Below are positions 11,125 to 21,842 of a stretch of 50,979 nucleotides of DNA, one piece after another. The stretch lies in IMG/VR virus record IMGVR_UViG_2526164596_000013. One strand, written 5' to 3'. A model generated the notes under the pieces. It had not been told where the DNA came from. It worked only from the letters and a program-made list of their open reading frames with translations, and did no database searches. Numbering within the stretch: the stretch's first letter is position 1; each line of letters starts with the position of its first letter. Source of the DNA: a virus. Taxonomy: Duplodnaviria; Heunggongvirae; Uroviricota; Caudoviricetes. Both the position numbers and the translations under genes were made by a program.

Positions 11125-13693
11125 CCACCGCTCCCTGATAACATACCGCCATCACGCAACTGCAGCCGGAGTTCATCCTGTGCCCCCTTGCGGGCCATCT
11201 CATACACCGCTTTCATCAGCTGCGGCCCTGCCCGCCCGTTGGGGCCGTCGTTCTGAATCACCACGTGATTGTTCTGATTAAAATTAATGCCTTCCGCCCG
11301 CCGCATCTGCGCCGGACTTCCGGCACCGCCGACATAACCACCTTCCGCATAGCCCCGCATCAGGCGGTACAGATTGCCGACACCAATCCGGCTGGTCGCC
11401 TCCTTCGTGAAGACAAACTCCCCGCGATGAACAATCCCCGCAGGTTCATATTTACCCCCGTCCCCGTAAATCCCCCGGTCGCGAAATGGAAGTTCGCCGC
11501 CGCAGCCTGAATGGCTGTACCGCCTGACGCGGATGCGCCGCCACCAACAGCCCCGCCAATGGCGCTGCCGATACTCCCGACAATCCCCACCATTGCCTGC
11601 TTAAGCAGAATTTCTGTCATCATGGACAGCACGGAACGGGTGAAGCTACGCCAGTTCTGTTCACTGCCGGTCAGCATCGCCGCCATATTCTGTGCAATAC
11701 CATCAAAGGTCTGCGTGGCCGCGTTTTTAACCTGCGAAAAACTGTCCGTCGCACTTTCCGCCCACTCGCCCCAGCCGGACTTCATCCCGGACATCCAGCT
11801 TCCACGAAGCTGCTCCTCCGCAGACCAGGTGTTCTTCAGTGCCGATGTGGCCTTCGCCAGCGCAGCCGGATTATCACCGTACACCTCACGAAGGCGCTGC
11901 TCTTCCGACTCCCGCTGCGCCTGACGGTCGGTGAGGCCGCGGGCTTTTGCTCTGATTGCCGCCTGCTTCGCGCTCTGCTGCTGTTCAAACCGCGCCGCCT
12001 GCTGTGCCAGCTCATTCAGCCGTTTCTGGTGTTCAATCTTGTCGCCCAGCTCAGCCAGCTGGCGTTTGTACTCCAGCGTTTCTTTCTCATGGGCCAGCAG
12101 GGATTTTTCCTGCTCAGATAACTGCCGTTTCGTGGCGGCCTCTTTCAGGACCACATACTGATTTTCCGCTTCCCATAAATCCCGGCGCTGCTGGCTGATT
12201 TTCTCATTCACACCGCTGTGTTTTTCCAGCGTCCTGAGCTCGGTTTCAAGCGCCAGCATGGCTGCATGCGCCCGGTCTTCCTGGCGCTCACCGGCAGACA
12301 CCTTCACACCTGACGGCTTTTTCAGCGTCGATTCATAATCCTTTTTTGCCGACGCCATCAGCGTGTTGTAATCCGCCTGCAGGATTTTTCCGTCTTTCAG
12401 GGCCTTATTCAGCTCTTCCTGCCGGGCGGTATATTTATCCAGCGGCGTCTGCAGGCGCTCATACGCCTTCTGCGCCTCTCCGGTATACTTCAGCTGTGAC
12501 GCCTCACGCTCAGCCCGGTCCCTTGCCGCCAGTTCACCGGCTTTTTCCATATCCGACTGCAGCGTGGCCGCTGCCAGACCCAGACGGGCATTTTCCCGGT
12601 CATCCCATGCCCCCTGAAGGTTCGCACGAAAAGAGGAGGTCTTTCCCCGGCGCTGGCTCCGGCTCTGGTACCACTGCCATTTTTTATCCGCCTCATCAAA
12701 TGCCTTCTGCGCACTGGCGAGCATATCCGCTGAGGATTCAGGACGACCGATATCCAGAATGGCATCCCACATCGATTTGAATGCCTTCCCTGTTTTATCC
12801 GCCCAGGTCTCCAGTGTTCCCATGTTTTCTTTCAGGCGACGGGTCTGCTCATCAAAGCCTTTCGTGGCGATATCGTTCGCCGCCTGCAATGCCCCGGCCT
12901 CGTCTCCGGAACGCTGCAGCTGTGCAACATACGCAATCTGCTCTGCCGTCACGTTACGGAACTGGCGCGCCATCGCCATTAGTCCCGACGTCGGGTCAGT
13001 GGTCAGCTTCCCGAAGGCTTCAGCGACTTTATCCACCTCCACACCGGATGCAGAGGAGAAACGCGCCACACTCTGGTTGATGGCATCAAACTGTTCACCA
13101 CCACGCACACCGGCATTCACCAGGGCTGCCAGTGACTCTCTCGCCTGGTTAAACGTCAGCCCTGCTGCCTGCCCGGCTCTTGAGAGAGTCAGCATACGAT
13201 CGGCAGTCAGTCCGGACTGATTACCGGAAAGAACCAGGGTTTTATTAAACGCTGAAAGCGTGGAATCTCCCTGGTACCAGGCGTACACCAGCGCACCTGT
13301 CGCCACCGCCAGCGAGGTGACCCCGACCATCGGCAGGGTGATCGCACCGGCGAGCCCCCTGAACATGGGGATCATCCCGCCGAAGGAGTCCTTCACCTGA
13401 CCGCCCTGTTGCAGCAGGATCAGCCAGGGATTCTGACCACCGGCAAGCTGCGTGGCGATATCCGTAAACTGTGCGGGCAGGGTTCGCATGGCCGCTTTAT
13501 ACTGCCCGACGGAAATCCCGGCTTTTTGTGCAGCCAGCGCCTGGCGGCTCAGGCCCTGTTCAACAGCACTGGCGGTTTTTCTGGCGTCGGTATCCAGACC
13601 TGAAAAATGACGCCTTACCCGGCTCATCTGCTCATCGAAACGGACAGCATCCAGACTCAGGTCAATAACAAGATCACCAACCGGCTGGGACAT
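11121..13693 (-). pseudogene. H: tail tape-measure protein H, split by a 1-nt shortfall in a homopolymer (C5 at 11455-11459 on plus strand)
   Basis: ORF 11360-13693 matches lambda H from MSQPVGDLVIDLSLDA... to ...FHFATGGFTGTG then goes out of frame; ORF 11121-11360 encodes the expected H C-terminus (MRGYAEGGYVGG...QNNHVVIQNDG...); one extra G in the acggggg run restores GKYEPAGIVHRGEFVFTKEATSRIGVGNLYRLMRGYA. Confidence 0.75.
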
Positions 13694-14545
13694 ATCTCAC
13701 ACCTCCCGGAATCCCCGCTGAAGCCATCATTAATGCGGCATCATCCACCATGACATCCGCCACATCCGCAGACGATAAAATATCGCGCCCTCCGTCCCCA
13801 CCGAACCGGACGCCTCCGGCAAGTCCTGCCGCTTTCTGCATCAGCATTTTGTCCTCATCCGGCCTCTCCACCTGCTCTTCCTCATGCCGGGGGACAAGCA
13901 GACTGAAATCAGAGGGATGCATATCCGGATCGCAAAAAAACAGGCTGAGTACAGCGTACGTCAGCCCGGAAAAATGCATATCCAGCTGGGTATCCTGAAA
14001 ATAATGCGTGCGGTAAAAACGGTGCCAGTCGGCATATTCGGTGGATGTCATCCCGGCAAGCATGGCGCGCCAGTCGGGTCTCCCCATCTCACGCGCCAGT
14101 CTGAGGGCAAAGTTCAGCTCGCCGTCGAAGACTTTCCCGCAGAAAAATCATCATCAGTCAGCGTGTTATTTTTCGCCACTTCAGTAATATCAGTATCCGG
14201 ACGAACAGCTTCGATCATCCCGGACAGGCACAACACCACGTCTTCCGCCCGGGCAATGGCATCGGCAGGCCAGGTGGTGAGCACTTCCTGCTCTATCTTC
14301 ATCACGGCCTCATTCATTGACGGTGACTGCGTTTTCTGTGGATGGTTATGCCACAGGGACATCGCCACCAGAAACGCGCCGGTTCTGACGAGATCTTCCA
14401 CGCTTACCTGCAGGTTGCCGCAGGATTCTGCCTGTTCTGCACGCCGTTTCAGGAGGGCAAGATGCTCGATACGCTGCAGCGCAGACAATTCGGAAAGCGT
14501 GACAGACACACCGTTATATTCAAATTGTTCTGTTTTCAGAAACAT
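13674..14545 (-). CDS. GT: tail assembly chaperone GT fusion made by programmed -1 ribosomal frameshift
   Basis: slippery heptamer G GGA AAG (rc of 14132-14138) near end of G; the -1 frame continues open to 13674 (T part), as in lambda G/GT. Confidence 0.65.
14114..14545 (-). CDS. G: tail assembly chaperone G
   Basis: 143-aa ORF upstream of H; ends ...DDDFSAGKSSTAS with slippery GGGAAAG near the 3' end. Confidence 0.75.
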   Translation of the reverse strand: MFLKTEQFEYNGVSVTLSELSALQRIEHLALLKRRAEQAESCGNLQVSVEDLVRTGAFLVAMSLWHNHPQKTQSPSMNEAVMKIEQEVLTTWPADAIARAEDVVLCLSGMIEAVRPDTDITEVAKNNTLTDDDFSAGKSSTAS

Positions 14546-14558
14546 GTATTACCTCCGT

Positions 14559-15311
14559 TTACCCTGCAGCGCCCGCTTCAGTAACGGTGACTTCAGCCAC
14601 TGCGGCGAACTGACCATTTCCGCTCACCACAGGGATCTGCACCTTACCTGTCGCCACGCCGTTTACCGTAATTGTCATATCTTTCACACTAATGGTGGCT
14701 TTCGACGGATCGGCGGAAACCGCTCTGAACGTCTTGTCGGTTGCACTTTCCGGCTCAAAAGAAACCGTCAGGGTGGTTGTTTTCCCTTTTGCCACCGTAC
14801 CGGATGTCGGCGTCACCTTAATCGCACTGACCGGCGTAATTTTGCTGCGTTCTTCCGCTACAGAAGGTTTACCCACGTTAGTGACTTTCACCGTGCGGGT
14901 GATCACTTCTTTCGCCGTCACGGCCTTACCGATACTGCTGACCCAGCCACGAAACACATCCACCGTGCCATTCGGAAAACGGATTTTATAGGCCCGGACA
15001 TCGCCGCTTTCAAACCAGCCTATAAGCCCTTTCTGGCCTTCCTCTCCCGGTTTCCAGGCCAGCGTAAAACTGGTATCACCTGCAGATTTCTGCCCCTGCC
15101 CGGTCGCGGTCCAGTCTGCGTCTTCATCATCCAGGTAGTTATCATCGTAGGATTCTGCCGTCATCTCGCCCGGCGTCAGATCCTTCACCTTAGCCAGTCG
15201 CTGCCAGTCAGCGTCTGACAACGGGTTTGCATAAGCATCACCCTTGCCGTTGTAAACCCACAGAGTGGTACCGGCACCTTTTACTGGCTCCAGGGGATTT
15301 GGTGTTGCCAT
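14559..15311 (-). CDS. V: major tail protein V (with C-terminal Ig-like region)
   Basis: 250-aa ORF in lambda V position; N-terminal [20 protein letters not shown]. Confidence 0.8.
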   Translation of the reverse strand: MATPNPLEPVKGAGTTLWVYNGKGDAYANPLSDADWQRLAKVKDLTPGEMTAESYDDNYLDDEDADWTATGQGQKSAGDTSFTLAWKPGEEGQKGLIGWFESGDVRAYKIRFPNGTVDVFRGWVSSIGKAVTAKEVITRTVKVTNVGKPSVAEERSKITPVSAIKVTPTSGTVAKGKTTTLTVSFEPESATDKTFRAVSADPSKATISVKDMTITVNGVATGKVQIPVVSGNGQFAAVAEVTVTEAGAAG

Positions 15312-15318
15312 ATCGTCC

Positions 15319-15714
15319 TCACATCTCGTATGTAATGGAATAAGTCAGATCCGCAGAGCTCCATAACGCCATATCGTCATCACGACGATACTCATAGCCC
15401 TGCGTAACCATCGTGGTAATCAGTCCTGCCAGTGCCGGGATCGCAGTCATCGCCGGATAAATCCGGCTTTCCATCCACTGATCAAGCTCTGAATCCGGTA
15501 CCTGTGCCGGTAAAAACACCTCAATATGCAGTGTGGCCCGCCAGGTATCTGCATCCAGCTCTTCACCGGTATACTCTGCATCCGTCAGATAAACCGCGAT
15601 CGCAGGAAAATCCTCTTCGTCAAAAACAACGGGGCGACCATCAAACAGCGTCGCCCCGTGTTCATGCTGCTCGAGTGCATCCAGCACTGCGGCACGAATG
15701 TCAGTGTGTTTCAT
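15319..15714 (-). CDS. U: tail terminator protein U
   Basis: 131-aa ORF, lambda U length and position. Confidence 0.75.
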   Translation of the reverse strand: MKHTDIRAAVLDALEQHEHGATLFDGRPVVFDEEDFPAIAVYLTDAEYTGEELDADTWRATLHIEVFLPAQVPDSELDQWMESRIYPAMTAIPALAGLITTMVTQGYEYRRDDDMALWSSADLTYSITYEM

Positions 15715-16286
15715 CGTTTTATCGCAATCCTCAGTTGTTGTTTCAGCGCGTATGCCAGTTCTTTGGGCAGGCGTTCACGACGGATACGGTCAACGTTTTC
15801 ATCAAACGCCTGTTTCAGTGGGGCTGCCATCGGGATTTTCACCACCTGAATGGGAAGGCGATTACGCTTTTTCCTGCCCTTGTCGTCATTGCCCTCCTCA
15901 TATCTGGCCTGGGGAAGACGTTGCATAACATGCCAGCGCCCATTATTTAATCGCTGGATAAATGCCCGCTGATAACGATGCTGACCGGCTTTGAGTATGC
16001 TGTCCGGACGACGCCCCAGCATTCTGATCCCCAGCTTAATCACAGGGAGATCACCGCGGTTAACGATAATTCTGGCATTCGGATTTCTGACCGTCGCCCG
16101 TTTCAGTCTGGACCGTTCCTTAACCAGTTTCCGTCTCACCCTGGTTTCCCGGGCAACCTGTGACGAAGACTGATTAATCGCCGTTGTGGCCACGCGGTTA
16201 ATCGTCATTGCTGAAGCCGCCGGAATGGCGTTTTTACGAACCCGGCTCAGATTGTCAATCGCCTGATCAAGCCCTTTTATCGCCAT
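15711..16286 (-). CDS. Z: tail completion protein Z
   Basis: 191-aa ORF, lambda Z length and position; 4-nt overlap with U. Confidence 0.75.
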   Translation of the reverse strand: MAIKGLDQAIDNLSRVRKNAIPAASAMTINRVATTAINQSSSQVARETRVRRKLVKERSRLKRATVRNPNARIIVNRGDLPVIKLGIRMLGRRPDSILKAGQHRYQRAFIQRLNNGRWHVMQRLPQARYEEGNDDKGRKKRNRLPIQVVKIPMAAPLKQAFDENVDRIRRERLPKELAYALKQQLRIAIKR

Positions 16287-16300
16287 AATTCACCCTGCGT

Positions 16301-16654
16301 TTATCGTCGCCGGTTAACTGCGGGTGGTTGCCCACGGTTGAGCCAGAGATAACAGCTGCCCCCGTCATCCGGAGAAACACGATCCACCCAGAATGTCTCA
16401 CCATTAATGGTCAGCGTGTCACCACGCCGCACGGCACGAACCGTATCCGTCCGCACAAATAATGACGGGCTGCTTCCTTCAATACGGACCCCGCCACCGG
16501 CAAACCCCAGCGACTCCGGATCGTCAAAAACCCCCTGAACTTCGCTGCCACACTGTGCCCCCGAGGTGAACTGCGCACAGAGCCCCATCACTTCAACGAT
16601 CGTACTGTCCACCCCGGCGAGGGCAGCATCAAAGGCATTCTGAAAATCACGCAT
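16301..16654 (-). CDS. FII: head-tail connector protein FII
   Basis: 117-aa ORF, lambda FII length and position. Confidence 0.75.
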   Translation of the reverse strand: MRDFQNAFDAALAGVDSTIVEVMGLCAQFTSGAQCGSEVQGVFDDPESLGFAGGGVRIEGSSPSLFVRTDTVRAVRRGDTLTINGETFWVDRVSPDDGGSCYLWLNRGQPPAVNRRR

Positions 16655-17078
16655 ATTCAGCCGTTCCGTGCTGTATCATGGCCGTTGCCAGTGATGATGG
16701 CACCAGAACACGCATACCCCGTAACGCCAGCTCAACGGGACGACCTGTCTCCGGGCAATACCCCATTACTTGCAGGCACTTCCGTACCCGGACGGCTTTA
16801 ACATCATCCGGAGCATCCGTGTTGTTCAACTGCTCACCATCGTCTGTGTGATTTTGATCAGCCCCGCTCTCATCAGAGTGCATAATGCCCTCCGGGGAAA
16901 CAGCAAGCTCCTCTTCCCACTCAGACACACGTTGCGCAATATCCGCAGCACTCCCCGACATATCCGCCTCGCGCCCCAGCAGGCCAGCCAGTTGACGAAG
17001 ACGATTCAGATTTTCTTCTTTTGTTGCCATCTCAGCCTCCTGTGAAAAAAGACACGGGGGCATTTCGCCCCCGCTCAC
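16647..17078 (-). CDS. FI: DNA packaging protein FI
   Basis: 143-aa acidic ORF between E and FII. Confidence 0.7.
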   Translation of the reverse strand: MSGGEMPPCLFSQEAEMATKEENLNRLRQLAGLLGREADMSGSAADIAQRVSEWEEELAVSPEGIMHSDESGADQNHTDDGEQLNNTDAPDDVKAVRVRKCLQVMGYCPETGRPVELALRGMRVLVPSSLATAMIQHGTAEYA

Positions 17079-17081
17079 GGA

Positions 17082-18110
17082 TTATTTCACCTGCACCACC
17101 ACAAACTCATCCGGATCCGGCAGCACCATCAGCGGTGCGGACTGCGTCATGGTGAATTCACGGGCCGGATCGCCCACAGTCAGCCAGTGTTTCGGATAAC
17201 GGGAAGAGGCCACCACACCTTCGGACAACGCCTGCGCATCCTGAATGGCACCATAGCAACGAATGCCCTCTGCTGCCGTATTCCCCAGGACCAGTATGCC
17301 CACCGGCAGATAACGTTTTTCGGTACCGTCGTCTGCCACATAAGACGTTTTCGCCACCACAATGGCCAGATCACCGTAATACCCTTTGAAAGACACCACC
17401 GCGCCCAGGTCTTTCACTGCCGTTTCGAGTTGTGAATTTGAGCCGCGACGGGTATCCAGTTTTTCGCGGAACAGCTTAAAGCCATTCAGCAGACGCCAGA
17501 CCGTACCGTCCATAATGGCAATATTCACAAGACCGCTGGCCTGATCGCAGTAAAGGTCAATATCATGCGTCGGATCAAACGTATCACGGTCCTGCTCAGA
17601 CCATTTTTTACCGTCGGCCTGCTCAATGTTATTTCCTTCAGAGCGTCCGAAATCCACCTCGACCGTGTCAAACTGTTCCCCTTCCATGGTGTATTTGCCA
17701 TACAGCACGGCATTCACCGCCTGCATTTCTTCCACCTGGACAATAGCGTGCTCTTCCTGTTTGAGGTTATCGGTAATGATACGCAGACGACGGTAGGCCG
17801 GGTCGTTCAGCTGAGCCGGATCTTCACCAGGAAGGCGCTCAACCGCCTGCTGGTAATTAAATTCGTGTTTGGGCTTGACGTAGCCCGGACGTAACACGCG
17901 GGTTTCACCACCGCGATGGCGAAGCACTTTTCCTTCAACGATCGGGGAGACATAGGCCGCCACCGGCGTTTTTCCGGTAATTTTGTCCAGCATCACCTCT
18001 TCGGTGTGGAAATTCACCGTACGGCGGAAAAACAGCTCCAGAAACAGCGCACGGAATTTAACTTTTTGTTCGGTATAACCGAGTAACTGGCGGGTCGTAA
18101 ACAATCCCAT
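17082..18110 (-). CDS. E: major capsid protein E
   Basis: 342-aa ORF; long colinear identity to lambda E as recalled (...RGGETRVLRPGYVKPKHE..., ...KLDTRRGSNS.LETAVKDLG..., ...GDPAREFTM.QSAPLM...). Confidence 0.9.
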   Translation of the reverse strand: MGLFTTRQLLGYTEQKVKFRALFLELFFRRTVNFHTEEVMLDKITGKTPVAAYVSPIVEGKVLRHRGGETRVLRPGYVKPKHEFNYQQAVERLPGEDPAQLNDPAYRRLRIITDNLKQEEHAIVQVEEMQAVNAVLYGKYTMEGEQFDTVEVDFGRSEGNNIEQADGKKWSEQDRDTFDPTHDIDLYCDQASGLVNIAIMDGTVWRLLNGFKLFREKLDTRRGSNSQLETAVKDLGAVVSFKGYYGDLAIVVAKTSYVADDGTEKRYLPVGILVLGNTAAEGIRCYGAIQDAQALSEGVVASSRYPKHWLTVGDPAREFTMTQSAPLMVLPDPDEFVVVQVK

Positions 18111-18167
18111 AAATCAGTTCCTTTCATTAAGAAATCAGTCAGGCCAACGCGGTGGCCTGATAACGTG

Positions 18168-18515
18168 TTACGGCAGCGCCGCGTGACTCAGGGCACTGCC
18201 GGTAAAGGCGTTGGCCTTTTTGTGTTCATCCACACTTTCAGGCCAGCGGATTGCCTCCGTCGCAAAGGTCCCCGACTTGTAATACGTCAGCACCGCCTCT
18301 GTGCCTTCAAGCGGCAGTACCAGTATGCCAACCGCACTACCGGCTTTCTGTCCGTCCCAGACCACCAGTTTCCCGGTGGCTTCATCCAGCATCAGGGGCG
18401 TCAGAGCCGGTGTTGCAGAAGAAATCCCGCTGCTGCCTGTGGCGGTATGAGCCGGATCATTACCGGCAAAAATACGTACTTCCGCACGCTGTTCAGTGAT
18501 GGTTTTCGTCACCAT
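18168..18515 (-). CDS. D: head decoration protein D
   Basis: 115-aa ORF; DPAHTATG...TPLMLD...KLV.WDG...AVGIL...YKSGTF match lambda D as recalled. Confidence 0.85.
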   Translation of the reverse strand: MVTKTITEQRAEVRIFAGNDPAHTATGSSGISSATPALTPLMLDEATGKLVVWDGQKAGSAVGILVLPLEGTEAVLTYYKSGTFATEAIRWPESVDEHKKANAFTGSALSHAALP

Positions 18516-18551
18516 TTTGTTAAAACCTCATATTGATGGTCAGCACTGACT

Positions 18552-20057
18552 TCATGGCATGGCCATGAGCATTTTCACGTCCGCATCACCGTCTTCTGAC
18601 GCCTGTGACACGCCCCCCTGGACCGCTGCCGGTGAATGGTTCGCCATGAAATGTTCAAACATGGCGGCTGTGGATGCAGAGACCGGTTCGGCCTTACCTG
18701 ATCCCGCAGCCAGCACAGCCCGGGCGTTCTCCACGGTCATTCCCGGGCAGGCCGCCAGTTTTTCAGCCTGCGCTTCTGCCCCTTTTGCCTCATCCAGGGC
18801 CATGATCTGATCACGAAGTGAGGGCCCGGCATCCGCCAGTGGTGCAGCCGCCAGGATCGGGCGGGCTTTTTCCACCGTCATCTCCGGCATCGCCGCCAGC
18901 GTTGCTGCCAGTTGTTCACGACCGTTCGCTTCTTCACACGCCATAATGCGATCGGCTTCACTCTGCGCGGATGCCACCGGCTGCTGCGGTGCCGCCGCGG
19001 CCAGAATCGCCCGGGCCTGTTCAACGCTCATGCCCTGTTGCCCTGCCAGCATCGTGGCAAGCTGTTCACGTCCTTTCGCTTCCTGGCATGTCAGGATCCC
19101 CATCACTCGCTGGTTCTCCTGCACGGCGGCTTCCGTTGCAGTTAATTGCGGCATAGTGCCTCCTCTGACATTACTGTTCAGCGCCGTGGCCATCACACTG
19201 ATGGCATCCGACGCATTGATTAATTCATCCGCCAGCCCGGCCTCAATGCCGGACTGACCTTCAAAAACGGCGGCCTCTGTTCCCGTGACCGCATCCACAG
19301 ACAACCCGGTATACATCGCCACTTTTTCGGCAAACATCCGGTGCGCCGCATCAATCCGCTGCTGCATATCCTGGCGAACCTCTGCCGGCAACGCTTCAAA
19401 CTGATTGCCATCCACCTTGTGCGCCCCGGCATAAATCAGCGTGATATCCACACCGGCCTGCGCCAGATGACCGGCATAGCTGACATGGCTCATCATCACG
19501 CCAATGGAGCCGATACGGGATGTCTGGGTAACCAGCCGTCGGGAGCAGGCCGACGCCAGCAGCATGGCTGCAGAACAGGCCGTGTCATTGCACAGTGCCC
19601 AGACCGGCTTCTGCTGACGGAGGCGGTAAATCATGTCAGCGCAGTCAAACGCGCCGGCGGCCTGCCCGCCCGGACTGTCAATGTCCAGCAGTATGCCCCG
19701 CACCTGGCTATCTGCCATTGCCTGCTGAAGACAGGCGACAATGCCGTCATAGCCAGTCATTCCGGAAAATGGCCGCATCCCCCCCAGCCGGTGCACCAGC
19801 GTGCCGGTCACCGGCAGTACCGCAATACCGTTCACCACCCGGTAAACACGGGCCGGTCGTTTACCTCCGGCCATGTACTCGTCCGTTTCAGCCAGCATTC
19901 CGGGAGCATCAAGCTGTACCTGCTGTTGCGGTACCGAAAGACTTGCTGCCCCCATCTCGCGCCCCAGCGCGCAAAAGAAAACCCGCGCATAGGCGGACTC
20001 CAGAAGCAGCGGTTCATTGAATGCTGCTGCAATAATGTGTGAAAGATTACGTCTCAC
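18552..20057 (-). CDS. C: head maturation protease C (S49/ClpP-like) with C-terminal Nu3-like scaffold repeats
   Basis: 501-aa ORF in lambda C/Nu3 position; C-terminal third has three tandem ~36-aa repeats (...EAKGREQLA.MLAGQQGMSVEQARAILAAA...). Confidence 0.8.
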   Translation of the reverse strand: MRRNLSHIIAAAFNEPLLLESAYARVFFCALGREMGAASLSVPQQQVQLDAPGMLAETDEYMAGGKRPARVYRVVNGIAVLPVTGTLVHRLGGMRPFSGMTGYDGIVACLQQAMADSQVRGILLDIDSPGGQAAGAFDCADMIYRLRQQKPVWALCNDTACSAAMLLASACSRRLVTQTSRIGSIGVMMSHVSYAGHLAQAGVDITLIYAGAHKVDGNQFEALPAEVRQDMQQRIDAAHRMFAEKVAMYTGLSVDAVTGTEAAVFEGQSGIEAGLADELINASDAISVMATALNSNVRGGTMPQLTATEAAVQENQRVMGILTCQEAKGREQLATMLAGQQGMSVEQARAILAAAAPQQPVASAQSEADRIMACEEANGREQLAATLAAMPEMTVEKARPILAAAPLADAGPSLRDQIMALDEAKGAEAQAEKLAACPGMTVENARAVLAAGSGKAEPVSASTAAMFEHFMANHSPAAVQGGVSQASEDGDADVKMLMAMP

Positions 20058-21639
20058 GTGGTGTTGTCTCCTCTTCCGGCCTGCGACTCTCCGCTATCTG
20101 CTGCTGATACGCCTGCGCTATCCACACCGGACGTGAGAGTCCGGCTTTTTCCCGCTCTGCAGATTCCCTGACCTGCTGGCGGAAAATGTCCTGATAATCC
20201 TCGCCCATCAGCGCCAGCTCTTTCTCATACGTGCTCAGTCCGGCCTCAATGCGCATCACTGATTCCTGAACCTCCTTGAGCCCGTCAATGGCCATTCTTC
20301 CGGCTCCAATCCACTCAGCCCGTGACCAGGCTGATCGCGCCTGATAAAAATCAAACCGTGCCCGTGGCGGACGAATAATCCCCCGAAGAAGTGCCTCTTC
20401 CAGCCAGCAGGAAAACATCTGCGTGGCCAGCCGGGACGCAATAAATTTTCGCCGCCCCATAAAATAGCGCCACGACTCATTGGCGGATGCGCGGGCACTT
20501 GAGTAACTGACCTTCGAGTAATCACGGGACAACTGTTCGTAGGAAACGCCAAGACCGGCGGCGATATACCGCAGCAGCGCCTGTTCAAGCGCCGAAAATC
20601 CATTGTCTGAATCCTGCGCGGTCTGAAGTTTCAGATCATCACCGGGGAAAAGGTGCGGAATTTTGACACCGCCCAGCGTCACGCTATTCGTGTCATACCA
20701 GGTGGAGAACTTATCCAGAATATTAATAAGCGGATTATCCTTCTGCCCCTGCGGCGCACCGGCGATATATTCAAAGGCCTTTTCGGTATCAAGGTCACTT
20801 TCAATCGTCGCTGCATACATCGCCTTCACTATGGCCGACTGAAGCTGTGTTGCCTGCAGGGAATCCAGCATCTTCAGCCGTTCCATAACGCTGTAAAACT
20901 GATTGGCTCCACGGGTCTGCCCGTCCTCCACCGGCTCGAAAATATGCAGCATGGCCGGACGCCCGGTGGGTAGTTCACGCGGGATCCGTTCCCATCGTCC
21001 ACTCCCGGAGCGAGGAAAATCATCCTCACAGATATGGTACGCAACGGCACGGCCATATCGATCAACCTCCACACCGGCCCGCAGAAAACGGTTCCCGATA
21101 CCGTGTCCTGGCGTGTCCACCCGTTTCGGACTCACGGCTTTAAAACGCGTACGAAACAGTTGCGTACTCTCCGTATCCCAGACCGGCTGCACAAAGATTT
21201 CGCCGTTAAACGCATGAACGCCCACACCTTCACGGATAAATTCCGTAAACGTGCGTTTCCCTTCCACGTCGATCTCACCAAACATCCCTTCTGCGTATTC
21301 TGACCAGGCCGCCTCCACCTCATCGACAAAACTTTTTGCCGCGGTCTCCCGCATCCCCAGCCAGCGCCAGTTCGGACGGTAGCTGATAAGAAACATATGC
21401 CCGACAATGTGATCCTTATGCAGGGCCACCGCATTGGCCGCTATTCCGTTATTGCGCACCAGATCATCTGCACGGGCATTCCCCAGACGCAACGCGGGCA
21501 GCAGGGCCGCATCGGCACTCTGCGAGGGTGGCAACCACTCTGCCATTTGCCCGCCAAATCCTGCACCGCCACCGTTGTAGCTGAGGCTCTCCCGAAGCGG
21601 AACGCCGTTCACATCAATCAGGACAGGCGTTCGTTTCAT
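20047..21639 (-). CDS. B: portal protein B
   Basis: 530-aa ORF (lambda B about 533 aa) between W and C. Confidence 0.85.
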   Translation of the reverse strand: MKRTPVLIDVNGVPLRESLSYNGGGAGFGGQMAEWLPPSQSADAALLPALRLGNARADDLVRNNGIAANAVALHKDHIVGHMFLISYRPNWRWLGMRETAAKSFVDEVEAAWSEYAEGMFGEIDVEGKRTFTEFIREGVGVHAFNGEIFVQPVWDTESTQLFRTRFKAVSPKRVDTPGHGIGNRFLRAGVEVDRYGRAVAYHICEDDFPRSGSGRWERIPRELPTGRPAMLHIFEPVEDGQTRGANQFYSVMERLKMLDSLQATQLQSAIVKAMYAATIESDLDTEKAFEYIAGAPQGQKDNPLINILDKFSTWYDTNSVTLGGVKIPHLFPGDDLKLQTAQDSDNGFSALEQALLRYIAAGLGVSYEQLSRDYSKVSYSSARASANESWRYFMGRRKFIASRLATQMFSCWLEEALLRGIIRPPRARFDFYQARSAWSRAEWIGAGRMAIDGLKEVQESVMRIEAGLSTYEKELALMGEDYQDIFRQQVRESAEREKAGLSRPVWIAQAYQQQIAESRRPEEETTPRET

Positions 21640-21842
21640 AACCTCACTCCCAGCGGACGACGGCGACGGCGGGTTGTCCCCAGTACCGACTCCGCATCAT
21701 TGATCGCCCGGTTAAGCTCATCCAGAGAAGCTGCCGTATATTCAATTCTGCGACCATCTTTCTGGACAGACACCACCCGTTTACCGGTTAATAAATCAAG
21801 GCGCGCCTGACGCAGCGCCTGCAGTTCAGCGACTGTAACCAT
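21636..21842 (-). CDS. W: head-tail joining protein W
   Basis: 68-aa ORF, lambda W length and position. Confidence 0.75.
   Translation of the reverse strand: MVTVAELQALRQARLDLLTGKRVVSVQKDGRRIEYTAASLDELNRAINDAESVLGTTRRRRRPLGVRL

Noticed and set aside
13884-15218. 444-aa plus-strand ORF
   Set aside because: Antisense to V, G and T, which match lambda proteins; Cys/Arg-rich composition; no RBS
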